Shown: positions 52,301 through 63,623 of the stretch, in pieces
Layout of the letters: each line of letters begins with the position of its first letter
Position numbering within the stretch: position 1 is the first letter of the stretch
From: Haplodiscus bocki
Lineage: Eukaryota
Assembly: GCA_965655095.1 (NCBI GenBank)
Contig: CBFHFQ010000029.1
Coordinates: forward strand, 62,001 to 126,000
Direction: 5' to 3'
DNA length: 64,000 nt
The notes under the pieces: model-generated
What the model saw: only the letters and a program-made list of their open reading frames with translations
Told to the model about the DNA's origin: nothing
Databases searched by the model: none
Program-made: the position numbers and the translations under genes

Positions 52301-52950
52301 CCTCAGGTATATAACACAGATTTCCTCGATATTCAACGATTTTTTCAAAACGATGACAACCGCCTCCATGATTACTTCGTTTTATTTTTGTGAATATTTT
52401 AGTATATCTGATTAAAACTCCTGTAAAAGTATTGTTCAAGGTTTCATCATATTTATCATTTATTTTCTCAATCCAGTTGTTTAGAGCCTTTACATCTCTG
52501 AAAAATGTGTTAACAGAAGTAGTGTCCTTGTCGTTTTTCCTGATTTCACATTTTAATTCTAACGTGTGTTTATCTCTAACAACATTGTTAACACCATCGG
52601 AAATTGAATCGTTTTCAAAAAGAACCACATTGTTCTCAGCGAGATCTAGAATATTGTTTAAATCAGACTCAACATCAATATCTCGAGGAATATCATGAAA
52701 ACCAAAAAGATTTATTTCACCAAAACGTCTAATATCTCGAATTTTTTGGTTATTGTTTTTTGAAATCTTTGTTTTTGTTATTGAGTCTGGTGTCTAATTC
52801 GTTTTTGGAGTCGTTCAAAACATCGAGGTTGTTATTAAGAACGGTTATCGTTGATTTCCAGAAATTTCTTTATTTGTTTGTTATCTTTGTTTTTCTCAAA
52901 AATCTTGTTAGTTCGCTGATTTCTTTTTCGGTGTTGTTTGTTTTATTGTT
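49400..52950 (-). pseudogene. polB: Polinton protein-primed DNA polymerase B
   Basis: NKCFRKC, FFDLET (ExoI), GHSASGF (ExoII), DDVLGL (ExoIII), HGGRV, DYNSLYPSAIA (motif A, ~50765-50797), KKMSNGVYG (motif B, ~50310-50335), ADTVSV (decayed motif C, ~50025-50040), KTTFKGF, KR...LPYY. Many frameshifts; ends approximate. Confidence 0.92.
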
Positions 52951-53122
52951 TACAGTCTGTATTTTATTTTCAATTACTTTGATCGATTCATTAGTTTGTT
53001 TCTTTTCTTTTTTGTTCTCTTATAAACTCAATTATAATATGTAAATTCGTTGAGTTTTTTAATCTTTTGGTAAAAAACACTATTTAAATCAATATTGAAA
53101 AAAAAACACAAAAAATTTATGC

Positions 53123-53425
53123 TTGAAAATGGATGAAGAAAACCAAGTATTTAAACTTTGTCGCGTTTGCGGTTTTGAAAGAGAATACGATGAGTATCAT
53201 AGATTATATGCTGCTTGTGAGAAATGTGCTAGTATACGCTGTACTAAACACTATCAAAAAAATAGAGAAAAATTATTGGAAAAATCTAAATTATATGGGG
53301 GAAGCAATGAAGAAAAATTTAAACAAGGCAAAAAATCATTCAACACACACGCTGAAGTCATAGAAGATCAATATATTAAAATTATTACAATAACTGAAAA
53401 ATTGAATGCTTTGTGTGTCGATTAA
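53123..53425 (+). CDS. Polinton small Zn-ribbon protein
   Basis: CRVC...CEKC followed by a basic helical tail (YQKNREK). Confidence 0.5.
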   Translation: MKMDEENQVFKLCRVCGFEREYDEYHRLYAACEKCASIRCTKHYQKNREKLLEKSKLYGGSNEEKFKQGKKSFNTHAEVIEDQYIKIITITEKLNALCVD

Positions 53426-53479
53426 TATGTATGTTGGAGAAAAAGAAAAAAAATTGAATAGATTTGTTTTAATAACTAA

Positions 53480-54077
53480 ATGGCAGTCTTTAATGATATA
53501 TAGTGCTAAATTGGTGACAGATTCATTACTAAAGAACAATGGACCAAACATATCTGTTCTAGTAAACATTTGCATAGAGAAGTCAATGGATACTGGCCAG
53601 CCTATTTTCCACAAAGAAAACTAACCAGAGATGAAGGTATGAAACTCGAGAAAGCTTTTTGGGAGATGATATTTGTAACCGATGAATGTGTAGAAGTGTA
53701 CGATTTCTTTAAAAACATTTTACAAGATGTGTACTAATATAAATAACCATGTCCCAGCACGCCCGTGCTTTGATAATCCAGATGAAGAAGAGCAATGGGG
53801 ATGTGGATATAGAGATGATATGATAGCTCAGATTAAACAAGATTTATAGAACAAAACTTTCACACTTCAAGATCAATGTAAAGATGATCCAATTGATATT
53901 CTCGAGAGCAGAATTAGATTGTGACTTAATATTAATAGAAAAGGCCAATGTCCTATACCTGATAATCTTTATGATTAAGAATATAACGATGAAGGACTGG
54001 ATATTTCTGTTAGCGGTGCAAAGATATTTCCTGAGAGTGGAGAATTAGAAAAAGTTATTAGATATACTCAGATGTAA
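53480..54077 (+). pseudogene. Polinton ORF with a decayed N-terminal C2H2-like Zn finger
   Basis: MAVFNDI*C*IGDRFITKEQWTKHICSSKHLHRE...; its TAA stop abuts the integrase ATG. Confidence 0.4.
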
Positions 54078-54926
54078 ATGAGTCAAAAATAATTAAGATT
54101 TTTCTAAACGAAATTTCTAGCAATTGACCAAAAAAGAATTATGTCGGAAACAGAACAGATGTTTATCATATTGATGACATTGGAGTTTAGATGTATTAGA
54201 CCTAAAAGATTACGGTCCTGAGAACAATAGAAGATACAGATATGTTTTAGTTATCATTGACAATTCTCAAAATTTGGTTGGAGAGTACCTCTCAAAAATA
54301 AAAGTGCTCAAACAAAAACAAACTGTTTCGGAAAACTTTTGATAAATTCAAAAAGAAAACCAAAGTTAATCGAAACAGATCGAGGTAAAAAATTTTATAA
54401 TAATATATTTCAAAATTTCCTAAAAAATAATGACATTCAACTCCATTATAGAAATACATCTTTAGAAGCTGTTTATGCAGAAAGATTTAATAGAACTATC
54501 AGAGGTCTTCTTAAAAGACCTATTTTTGAAAATGATGATGGCAATTGGATTGATATCTTAGCTACAATAACGAAACAATAAAATAATAGAATACATTAAT
54601 CGACTAAATTGACACCGATTCAAGCTAGTTTAAAAAACAATGAAGGATATGTTTACAATAATTTATTAGACAAACGAAAGAAAAGGAATCCAAAGTTTCA
54701 AGTAAACAATCTCGTTCGAGTTGCTGATTTGAGGAAAATGTTCTCAAAAGGAGATACAACTAACTGGTCTTAAAAATTGTATAAAATCAAAGAAATTATT
54801 GATGATATTGATCCGAGTTATAGTCTTGACAATTTAGCAGAACGTTTTAACGAAGCTTTACTGAAAAAGACAGAGTTATCAGTGAAAGAAAATGATAGTG
54901 TTATGAAAAAATTAAATTTAAAGTAG
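54078..54926 (+). pseudogene. Polinton retroviral-like (rve) integrase
   Basis: WSLDVLDL, YVLVIIDN, IETDRGKKF, AERFNRTIR, LTPIQAS, FSKGDTTNWS; stops and frameshifts. Confidence 0.92.
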
Positions 54927-56036
54927 ATCGAACATTCGTTGGCCATGTGAGCTTATGCTAACCAATCTATTTGTTAAAACTAAAACGTAACCATAGATCC
55001 CAGCAGGAACAACTCCATCAAGTGTAAATTCTACTTTAACCGATTGACGACTTTCAAAAATTTTCTGATATCGTAAATCGAAAGCGTGAATATTATAACC
55101 AATATTATCACCGCCATTAGGCGATCTAAAATCATCTTCACTTATAGATGGTTGGAGTATATTATCTTTGTGAGAGCTCTAAATGCTTCTTTATATGACC
55201 ATACCCTTGACTATAATCATCGTCGTTGTAATTCAATGAAATACCATTTTCGGGATATTTTGAGGTTCCAATAATGCAATGGCAAGAAGTTACAAGCACC
55301 TTGTAGAAAGTTTGGTTGTTTAAATTTTGATCGTGTTGTCTGTGGTTTTGTTGGAAGACTACATAAATCCATGTAGGCACAATAATACCTTCTTGGACGC
55401 CTAATTCAAAAGTCCAAAATTTTTCCACTTCCTTCATGAAAACTGATTTTTCTGGATAATGAAGCTGTGTTGGAGTCTTCTCCGTAATCTGGCTCGTAAA
55501 TTTAATATATTCTTCAAGACTTGGCGTATAATGCGGTACATACCACTCTATAGCAATAATTTTATTTTTAGCATTGTTAATTGCGTTATATCTTGTTTAA
55601 AACGGAGTTGTCAGTTTTTCCTGTCATTGTTAACTTAAATCCGAGACCAAAAATTCCTGTTTCCTGGTGTTCAGCGAGTCCAAACACATCTCTTAGATAA
55701 ACTCTAACATGATATATACCTTTAATTTTTCCTTTATTAGTCAACTCACGTTGTCTTCTATCACGACTATGGTCGAAACCAATAGAGACATCATCAGATT
55801 CTTTACGCGATGTTAGTAGTTTATACATTAAAGAAACTATGTGAGCATGGTTCATATCTTCCAAATGCTTTCCTGAAGTAGTTGTTAACTTATAAACACT
55901 ACATAAAGCAATTGGAGCTAGATTAACTAACCTTATATCATCACCATCAGCATATCTATGACCAGTAGCAGCGTGTAATACGTCGAAACTTAATTTAATA
56001 CAAATAATTATCAAACTAAAATTTCTATCTTCTCTA
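54918..56036 (-). pseudogene. Major capsid protein (double jelly roll); 5' end lost in the gap
   Basis: PTWIYVVFQ..Q...N...F...IG..KYP..I.LNY..DDYS..Y and the C-terminal FDLRYQ..VKVEF..YGYVLVL pattern resemble Polinton MCP; position among the morphogenesis genes. Confidence 0.72.
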
Positions 56037-56236
56037 NNNNNNNNNNNNNNNNNNNNNNNNNNNNNNNNNNNNNNNNNNNNNNNNNNNNNNNNNNNNNNNN
56101 NNNNNNNNNNNNNNNNNNNNNNNNNNNNNNNNNNNNNNNNNNNNNNNNNNNNNNNNNNNNNNNNNNNNNNNNNNNNNNNNNNNNNNNNNNNNNNNNNNNN
56201 NNNNNNNNNNNNNNNNNNNNNNNNNNNNNNNNNNNN
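56037..56236. other. Assembly gap (200 N) inside the Polinton
   Basis: Run of N. Confidence 0.99.
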
Positions 56237-56263
56237 ACTTCTAGGTTGAAATTTTAAAATTTT

Positions 56264-56813
56264 TCACCAAAACATTTTAATTTTTTTATGTTCATGTTTA
56301 TAAAAAGATTCATTTTTATTTTCATCAACATATTCAGTAAATTATTACTTAGACTTTCATATTCTTTTTCATCGGTTATATTATTTGTAAAGATTTTCTG
56401 TGTAATTTATCGAAAACATTAATGATTTGTTGACCTCGTTCATATTGTTTTTTGCATTTATTGTATTTGTTTATGATTATTTCTCTTACTACTTTGCTAC
56501 CAATTGATAATTGCAGTTGATATTGATATAGCTATCAAACCGATTCCGGTAAAAGTCAAAGTAAAAGAACTCGATGTTGTGGCAAAAACAACAAATGTAT
56601 CGAATGATTTTAATATTGTAGTTATTGTTTTGTTTTTTTTATATTCCCTTTTGATTTGTTGTTTTTATCTTTGAAGTATGTAATCATTTTTTTAATGTTG
56701 TTAAACGAATTCTTGGAGGAACTGACATCGTTCAGTTTTTTTTCTAATCGTTGTTCTAAATCAATTATTTTTAATGGTGCAGATGGGTACAATCTATCTG
56801 TCTTCTGTTCCAT
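56264..56813 (-). pseudogene. Putative membrane-active virion protein (LYPSAP, coiled coil, hydrophobic hairpin)
   Basis: MEQKTDRLYPSAPL..LEQRLEKKL.., then after a frameshift FVVFATTSSSFTLTFTGIGLIAISISTA. Confidence 0.55.
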
Positions 56814-57247
56814 TTGTATAGCATAATATAAACTAAATTGCCTAGGTAAAGACATTTTCCGGTGTTGTAAAAAGTTATCGACTCTGGTAATGTTGATAGA
56901 GCTTGTTTATAATTTTTAGAAGCAGCTGCTGTAGCTATTTTTGCTGTTAAATCTAAGCCTCGTCCTGGGTTACTTAATACGTTTTTTTGCCATCTTTTTG
57001 ATATTTTGAGTCCTTTTCTACCTAGATTCTTGAAGAAATCACCAAGACCTTCTGCTTGAATCAGGTTATCAGAAACAATCATTGATTTGCGTTTGTCAGA
57101 AACCACACATTTTCCAAAAAATAATCTTATCTCTTCATCAGTTTTTATATCAAAAGTTTTTGTTTTTTCTCCAACTTTGTTTTTTGCACCAGATCTGTGT
57201 CTACAACCAACACAAAAACTATCGTTTTTAAATTTTTGAAAGCTCAT
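56771..57247 (-). CDS. Zn-ribbon plus amphipathic/basic core-protein-like ORF
   Basis: FCVGCR...GKCVVS then AEG/LGDFFKNLGRKG and an Ala-rich helix. Confidence 0.55.
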   Translation of the reverse strand: MSFQKFKNDSFCVGCRHRSGAKNKVGEKTKTFDIKTDEEIRLFFGKCVVSDKRKSMIVSDNLIQAEGLGDFFKNLGRKGLKISKRWQKNVLSNPGRGLDLTAKIATAAASKNYKQALSTLPESITFYNTGKCLYLGNLVYIMLYKWNRRQIDCTHLHH

Positions 57248-57255
57248 TTATTAGT

Positions 57256-58379
57256 TCAAATTTTAATCATTTGTAATGTATAAGTAAACGTTTCTCCAAT
57301 AAAAGTAACTTCTTCGTTATTAATATCTTCTGGATAAAAAGTTATTGTTTTCAAAACAGATTTATCTATTTTTTATAATGAATTGTTTCAGTCTCGCAAA
57401 ACACTTTATAACCAATCGGTTTATCCAGAACAAAACTATAAAGTATTGGTTGTCGAACACCTTTCAAAACACTTCCACCAATAACATCTCATTTGAAATG
57501 AGTTTTGTCTATAACAGTTAAATTCCTATTTTTTCTTTGTAGGACTCATTACCAAAATCTTTATAATACCAATATGGAGTGAAGCCCAAGATTGTATTAA
57601 AAAACGATTTCTTACCGAACCTCCAAGCCATGATTTTCGGGCCTAGTCTCAACTTCGTTATCAAAGAAACGTTATCACTATCGATAATAATTGAACCAGG
57701 TAGGTCATGTTTATGATTTGGTCTCATCCGTCCTCTGATTTTAAGTTCAATACTAAATCCTCTTGAAAGAACTATAGACAAATCCTCTAATGTATATGCA
57801 CCTGGAGGAATTTTAGATGTGATAATTTTGAATTAGGCTGTTTCAATATTAATTGAATATCTTCTTCCTTTAAACCAGTTAAACTTCTAAGATAACTTTC
57901 AAAATCTCGATATGGTGAATAAACATAATCCATTATTAAAAAAATACCCATCAGTCTGGCTCTTTTCCATCCATAGTTTTCCATATGTTTCAATAACTTT
58001 TGGTCCAAATGTTTTGTGTTCTAATTCCTCGGATGTGATGGTTGCAAGACCGAGTACTTCTGCTACGTTATCGTTTAAATGATTGTATAAACATTGCCGT
58101 CAACATATCATGTATAAGGTGCAAAAATATTTTTTTCTTGAGCAGTAGTAAAAAGAGAAATGTAAGCCTCTAAACTTCATAATCTAATCCTATCATCCAA
58201 GATGCTTGACTTGGGATTGGTGGTTTGAAATGATATAGTTCTGTTGGTTTAGTCAATTTAAATTCTATTGTTTCTTCTGCTTTTTTGTGAGTTTGTTCAA
58301 TTAGCATTTCAGAGATTTTAGTTTTTGGAAGTAATAAATCTTCGGTCTCATTTTTAGGTTGAATCATGTTTAAGTTCAT
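57256..58379 (-). pseudogene. Penton-like minor capsid protein, copy 2
   Basis: N-terminal ETIEFKL..HFKPPI...WMIGL..EV; C-terminal DVIGGSVLKGVRQPILYSFVLDKPIGYKVF...TITFYPED...GETFTYTLQMIKI. Confidence 0.7.
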
Positions 58380-58403
58380 TCAAAATTCAAATAAGTGCGA
58401 ATA

Positions 58404-59483
58404 CTATGTTTTAATATATTGACAAGTAAAACTTATCGTTTCTCCACTAAAATCAATGGGTTTCTAATCGTCATCTTCTGGATAGAATCTAATATGAGAT
58501 AGAAAAAATTTGTTTACGTTTTTAAAAAGTATGACTCTAGGTTCTTTATATATTTTATGAACGGGTGATGATGAGAGACCGAAGCTATTTAAAATATGTT
58601 CTCGAAAACTGTTGACTATGCTTCTATTAATACAATCACATTTCAAATGAACTTTGTCATTTCCTGTAACATTATTAGGTCTGTCGCCTTTATATGTACC
58701 TGGGATCAGTTGGGAGAAACCTAGAATATCGCTTAATGCAGCTGAATGGATTGAGTGAAACCTAGAAAAACATGAAAAAAGATTTTTTTGGAAACATATT
58801 TGTTTTATTTGTGGTTAATTTTGATTTTAGTCTAACATCATCAACTTTAATTTTTACTTTTACCACTTTAGGAAACAAAGAATATAAAAAAATTAATATC
58901 AATGATTTCATACATTCCGGGTGGTAAAGTATATCCTATATTCGATGTCGGAAAACATTTTAGGTCTAATTTATCTAATCTTTCATCATATGTCAGTTGG
59001 TATCTATAAACCATATTTTCAAGATCGCTGTTTTTTAAATTTTTTAATTCTTCAAATGTCTCGTTTTTAAAAGACTAGATAAAGATTTTTACCAAAACTA
59101 GATAAAGAGTAGTCTTTCGTTAAAAAGTATACCTTTTTTCTATCTTGTTCAACATGTATTTCCATATCATTTTGAGACCTAAGCTCTAATAATTTAATTA
59201 GTTCGTCAATGGTTTTTTCAGCTGATTTGGCATTCCAATGACCTGGTGTAGTGATTGAAAACGCTTGTTTGCAAAATTAATAATAAAAGCAGAAATTGTA
59301 CACTCGAACGAACTCACTGCCAGCAACCATTTTCTTTCTTCAACTAAAGTTGTTGGTGGTGAAAAAGAAAAAGTTTTCATTTGCTTATCCGATTTAAATT
59401 CAATCGTTTCTTGGGGTTTTGTCTTTTTTGTTCGATCAACGTATCAGTATGTTTTTAAATAAAAGTACCAATTCTTTATTCAT
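58404..59483 (-). pseudogene. Penton-like minor capsid protein, copy 1
   Basis: N-terminal ETIEFK..TFSFSPP...WLLAVSSFE; C-terminal KVHLKCDCINRSIVN..EHILNSF..HKIYKEP...IRFYPEDDD*KPIDFSGETISFTCQYIK. Confidence 0.72.
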
Positions 59484-59696
59484 TTAATTATTCCAAATCC
59501 ACTTGCTGCTACGAATTTAAGGATTTTTTCATTGTTTGGTGAAATATTTTTGTTTCATTTTCTAGGAGTTCAATTACCATTTATTGTATTTTGCTGAATT
59601 TCTTTTGTTTGTTCACTTTTTGGAGTGAATCTAACACTGTTATAAATAGTTTTTTTCCTAATGTCATTTATCTTCAAAGAAACATCAACATTAATT

Positions 59697-60100
59697 TATA
59701 ATTTGATAGTTTAAACTCAAGACAGCAGATTTAAAATCAATGACTAACATTTTTGTTAAGTAAAATTTTTAAAAACAATAAATTGCACAATAAAAGTCTT
59801 TTTTATTTTTTAACCTTGAATTTTGTATTCTGAATAGAAAGAAAGACCATTTCGTTTTATAATATACCTAGAAAAATTCTTTCGACAAACAACACCATAA
59901 CTATCAAAATAAATATCATTTGTGTAACAAACCCAATGATTCCCTTTTGAAGGGTGTAGATTAAAATCCCTATATCAGATTCAGATGTCCATCTCGTAGA
60001 CATATACCGCCATTGTCTAATCCAAAAGAAGAAAGTACTTGTTGTTTTCTTATACCTAATGTTGCTTTAATATAGAAATTGTATTTTTGAACAAAATCAC
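59697..60100 (-). pseudogene. Adenain-like (Ulp1-family) maturation cysteine protease
   Basis: NLHPSKGNHWVCY...YFDSYG...KIQG...FYCAIYC (His, Asp, Gln, Cys in the expected order). Confidence 0.85.
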
Positions 60101-60543
60101 TGAACGACGTCATTTACTCGCTCTGATAAATCACCTCTACGTCTTGTTGTAAATAAAAAAACTTCTAAAACTTTTTCAGCATTAGCATTAATATCAAATA
60201 AACCTTTATCATAAAGTATTTGTATCGTCGTTTTTACAGCTTTTTGAACTAAGACCTCTTCTACAGATTGTTTGTTGTATTGTAATTTAATTTCGTTGTC
60301 AGCTTTTTCTGCTTTTGATAAGTGACCGTTCATTTTAAACAATTTTTCACCTAGATAAGCTTTGTTTACAACGTCTTCGTTTTTAATAGTTTTAAAAATT
60401 GTTGTTATTTTTTCATCTTTTCTGTGAGTGTCGTGTATTTCGAGTTTCAATGGGTTAATATTTAAATCTTGTAATTTATCTCTTTTAGAAATAAAGTTAT
60501 CAAATTCGCTTTCTCATAAATTGTTATAAGAAACATGAGCCAT
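60097..60543 (-). pseudogene. Polinton ORF of unknown function
   Basis: 117-aa open stretch with an upstream ATG at 60543 separated by one stop; DVVNKAYL resembles a fibre-associated repeat. Confidence 0.4.
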
Positions 60544-60852
60544 TATTTAACAAAAATAAATGGGGTTGTATACAAAAATTGATAAACAATTAGATAAATT
60601 TTATGATGTTGTTTCTTTGAACACGTCATTATCAAAGCGAAGCTTTTATTTAAAAGTTTTAGTTTTATCTCTTTTAATTTTTAATGTCTTTATGATTATC
60701 AAAAAAATGTTTCTATAAACAAGTCATCCTTTTTTAAACTTTTAATGTATTTGTGATTATTGAGCGTTTTATTTAACGTATTCATAATCCTTTCACATTT
60801 CTCTTTGCGGGATATTTTGTTTAAATCTAATCTATTCATCTCTTCAACAGCT

Positions 60853-61101
60853 TTAGAATCTGTTTTTTTTATCTTCTAAGAATTGTATTTTGTTATCTTT
60901 CTGTTCTAATTCAATTTCCATAATTGATATTGTTTCACCCATAATTTTTATTGCTTGTTTAAAAACTTTACTTTGAATTAAAGCGTTTTGAACCAACTGA
61001 GATCTCGTTGAAAATGATTCTTTGTTGTACTTACCAATTGTTTGTGAAATTTCGTTTTGTATATTCACATCATTTATAATGATTTCTATAAACCCAGCCA
61101 T
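60853..61101 (-). CDS. Polinton coiled-coil ORF of unknown function
   Basis: TAAATG start; MEIELEQKDNKIQFLE heptads. Confidence 0.35.
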   Translation of the reverse strand: MAGFIEIIINDVNIQNEISQTIGKYNKESFSTRSQLVQNALIQSKVFKQAIKIMGETISIMEIELEQKDNKIQFLEDKKNRF

Positions 61102-61528
61102 TTAATTAGACGAAAAAACTTGTTCAATAAGAACACTTCCTTGAGTAGCGTTATCATTATTTGGATCATCACCTTTTAATTTATGTTTTTTTATTTTAAC
61201 TGGTTCTTTTGAGGTCTTTTTGAAGTCATTTGTGGTCATTTTGAGGTCATTCGAGGTCATGGTTTGAAGTCTTCTGATTTCTTGTGTTAGTGTTTGATGA
61301 TTGAAATACTCTATAAGGTGAATTCATTTTTATTTGTCTCCTATACCTCTATAAGTTGGAGGTAGATATTGCTAGTTCTTTAGCTATTTCAGATTGTTTT
61401 AATTTTGGACTGATAGATTTCATTTCCATGAATTTTGCCATTTTGTCTACCTCATGTTGTGTCATTATCAAACCAGCATTGAGATCACCGGTTTTTGCTA
61501 TTTGTTGTACCGAAAAGGTGTTAGTCAT
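61102..61528 (-). pseudogene. Helix-turn-helix DNA-binding protein
   Basis: PKLKQSEIAKEL(A)ISTSNL*RYRR, followed by short ATGACCTC repeats. Confidence 0.55.
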
Positions 61529-61579
61529 TTAAAAACAAAAATAAGATAATGATTTTGCTTCTTTGTGATATTAACAAAG

Positions 61580-62145
61580 ATGAAAATTAATTATGACAAA
61601 ATTTCTAATTAAAAGGATTATTATTGTGAAGTATGTGATGAATTTATCAAAACCAAGGGCAATTACAAACATCTTAAATCAAGTATTCACAAAAAGTTCG
61701 ATAGATGCAAACATTAAGAATTAAATATTGAAAATCCTAACATAAACGACATAGTTGAAATATTTTATGCTTACATTATAGAACATAATAAAAAATTTGA
61801 TTTTTACCTTATTAAAAGTCACTTTAAATTAGTTTTCAATGATAATCAATATAGTACACATGTCATGTCAAACTTATTTGATAGGAAACAAAGGTTGCTT
61901 GGAAGAAATTTTTAGAAAAAGCATTTGATGATTTTAAAGACAAAGGTTATAATTTCAACCATACTGAAGAAGTGAATATTCTAACAATAGCTAATAAGAT
62001 GGATATGTCATATAATTTCTATATTAAACATAACATGCATCGTGTTGAATGGAAAATAAATTCTATGATTAACAAAAACAAAGCTTTGGTCAATAAAGTT
62101 AATCGTAATTGGAGACATCCTTTGAATAGAAAATTTAAAAGTTAG
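61580..62145 (+). pseudogene. C2H2-like Zn-finger protein, paralog 1
   Basis: YYCEVCDEFIK...KHLKSSIH; NKKFDFY; G..F...E.NI..M.Y..YI. Confidence 0.6.
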
Positions 62146-62250
62146 CGTGTTTGATTATTGTAAAACTTTTAAGTTTATGTTCACATGACTTCGTGAAGTA
62201 TTTGTACACATATTCTTATAATTGTTTGAATACCATATTATTTCATGTAA

Positions 62251-62700
62251 ATGGATGATTATTATTGTAACTTATGTGGTAAAACAATTAAATTGAAACA
62301 TAAGAAGAAACATTTAAATACTAAATCACATGTGGATTTATCCGAGTATATAAATCACAAATTTTGCGCTAAAAAAGCAGAACTCGTCAAAATAGAAGAT
62401 ATATTACAAAAATATGTCAATATTTACAATAAAAAGTTTGAATTTTACCGTATTATATGTAAGTGGAAATTAAAGTTTCTTGATACTACTATTTGTGTTA
62501 AATCTGAAGAAATACACAGTAGCGGTTCACGTTGTGGGCTGATAAGATTTTTAATGAGGAAAATTGAACATTTTAGAAGACAGGGAATGAGATTCTCTCA
62601 GATATTAGACTTGAATATCACTTTTCTAACAAGTCTAGATCTTATGACATATGAACAATATATTAATCAAACCTATGCAGATGGTAGAAAGGGTTCGTAA
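62251..62700 (+). CDS. C2H2-like Zn-finger protein, paralog 2
   Basis: YYCNLCGKTIK..KKHLNTKSH; NKKFEFY; G..FS.I..LNI..MTY..YI. Confidence 0.65.
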   Translation: MDDYYCNLCGKTIKLKHKKKHLNTKSHVDLSEYINHKFCAKKAELVKIEDILQKYVNIYNKKFEFYRIICKWKLKFLDTTICVKSEEIHSSGSRCGLIRFLMRKIEHFRRQGMRFSQILDLNITFLTSLDLMTYEQYINQTYADGRKGS

Positions 62701-62953
62701 TAGAAAACTATATGAAAGTCTGGAGCTCGTAAAAACGTTAAGAGATGTAGATCTCACCTTACATATGGGGCGTAAACAAATTACTCTCGATGAAAGATGA
62801 AATATAAATACTCACATATATGAATACTATCACGATTCGTATATTATCTCAAAATCCAGAATATGTTAAAAGTCATTGTAATGATTTAAATAATCCATTT
62901 CATTCTGCATGTCGTAAAAGATATTTATTTAATTTTCCACAATATTGATATAA

Positions 62954-63623
62954 AAGTAGTGTAATTACACGAATTCGTGTACAAATAAAACTATTTTTTT
63001 CTCGAAATAAAATTTTCAATTCAAGTAGGTTTACGTCAGTTTTTTTTGAAGTCAATCGAATAATTATTATTGGAGATATCCCTAAAAACTATGTACTATT
63101 CATCATACCAGTGAAGCTAACAGTACACATTTCTGAGAAATCGTGTTTTCGTTTAAGACAAAAAATATCCACTGGCCAACTTTCGTGTCTAGCTTTTCAG
63201 CTGTCTATCGAGTGAGCATTCCTGGTGGATACCCCATCGATCAATTCTACTTTTTCAAGCTTCAAGACATGGACAGTTGCTCCATATAGCTTTTGTGCAT
63301 GATGACGACATAGGCAGTGGGACGTTGGATAGTAGTGAACCACAACACACTACCACTATGTTAACTTTAGTCAATGTCACAAATACCATTAGGCTATACG
63401 GAGACGAAATAGTAAGAGAGAGACTAGAATAAATACACATAATCTGTTATGTCGACATAATTTTCCTCAGTCTCACATATGTGTATGTCGACATTGAATT
63501 TTTTTCAGTCTAGTGTATGTGTAATGTCGACATGGTGGTATTTTTCAATCTTGTGTTTTATGTCTTGCTCGTTACTGTCCGCGTTACTGCAACACCACAC
63601 TATCGGCACAAATGTTTATTATT
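62954..63623 (-). repeat. Polinton right TIR
   Basis: Matches the left TIR and carries roughly 70 extra bp near 62995-63060. Confidence 0.93.

Larger units (their letters stand above)
47919..63623. mobile_element. Full-length Polinton/Maverick (endogenous double-jelly-roll DNA virus), decayed
   Basis: TSD GACGAG (47913-47918, 63624-63629), termini AATAATAAACAT...ATGTTTATTATT, long TIRs, and pPolB, integrase, capsid and protease remnants. Confidence 0.95.
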
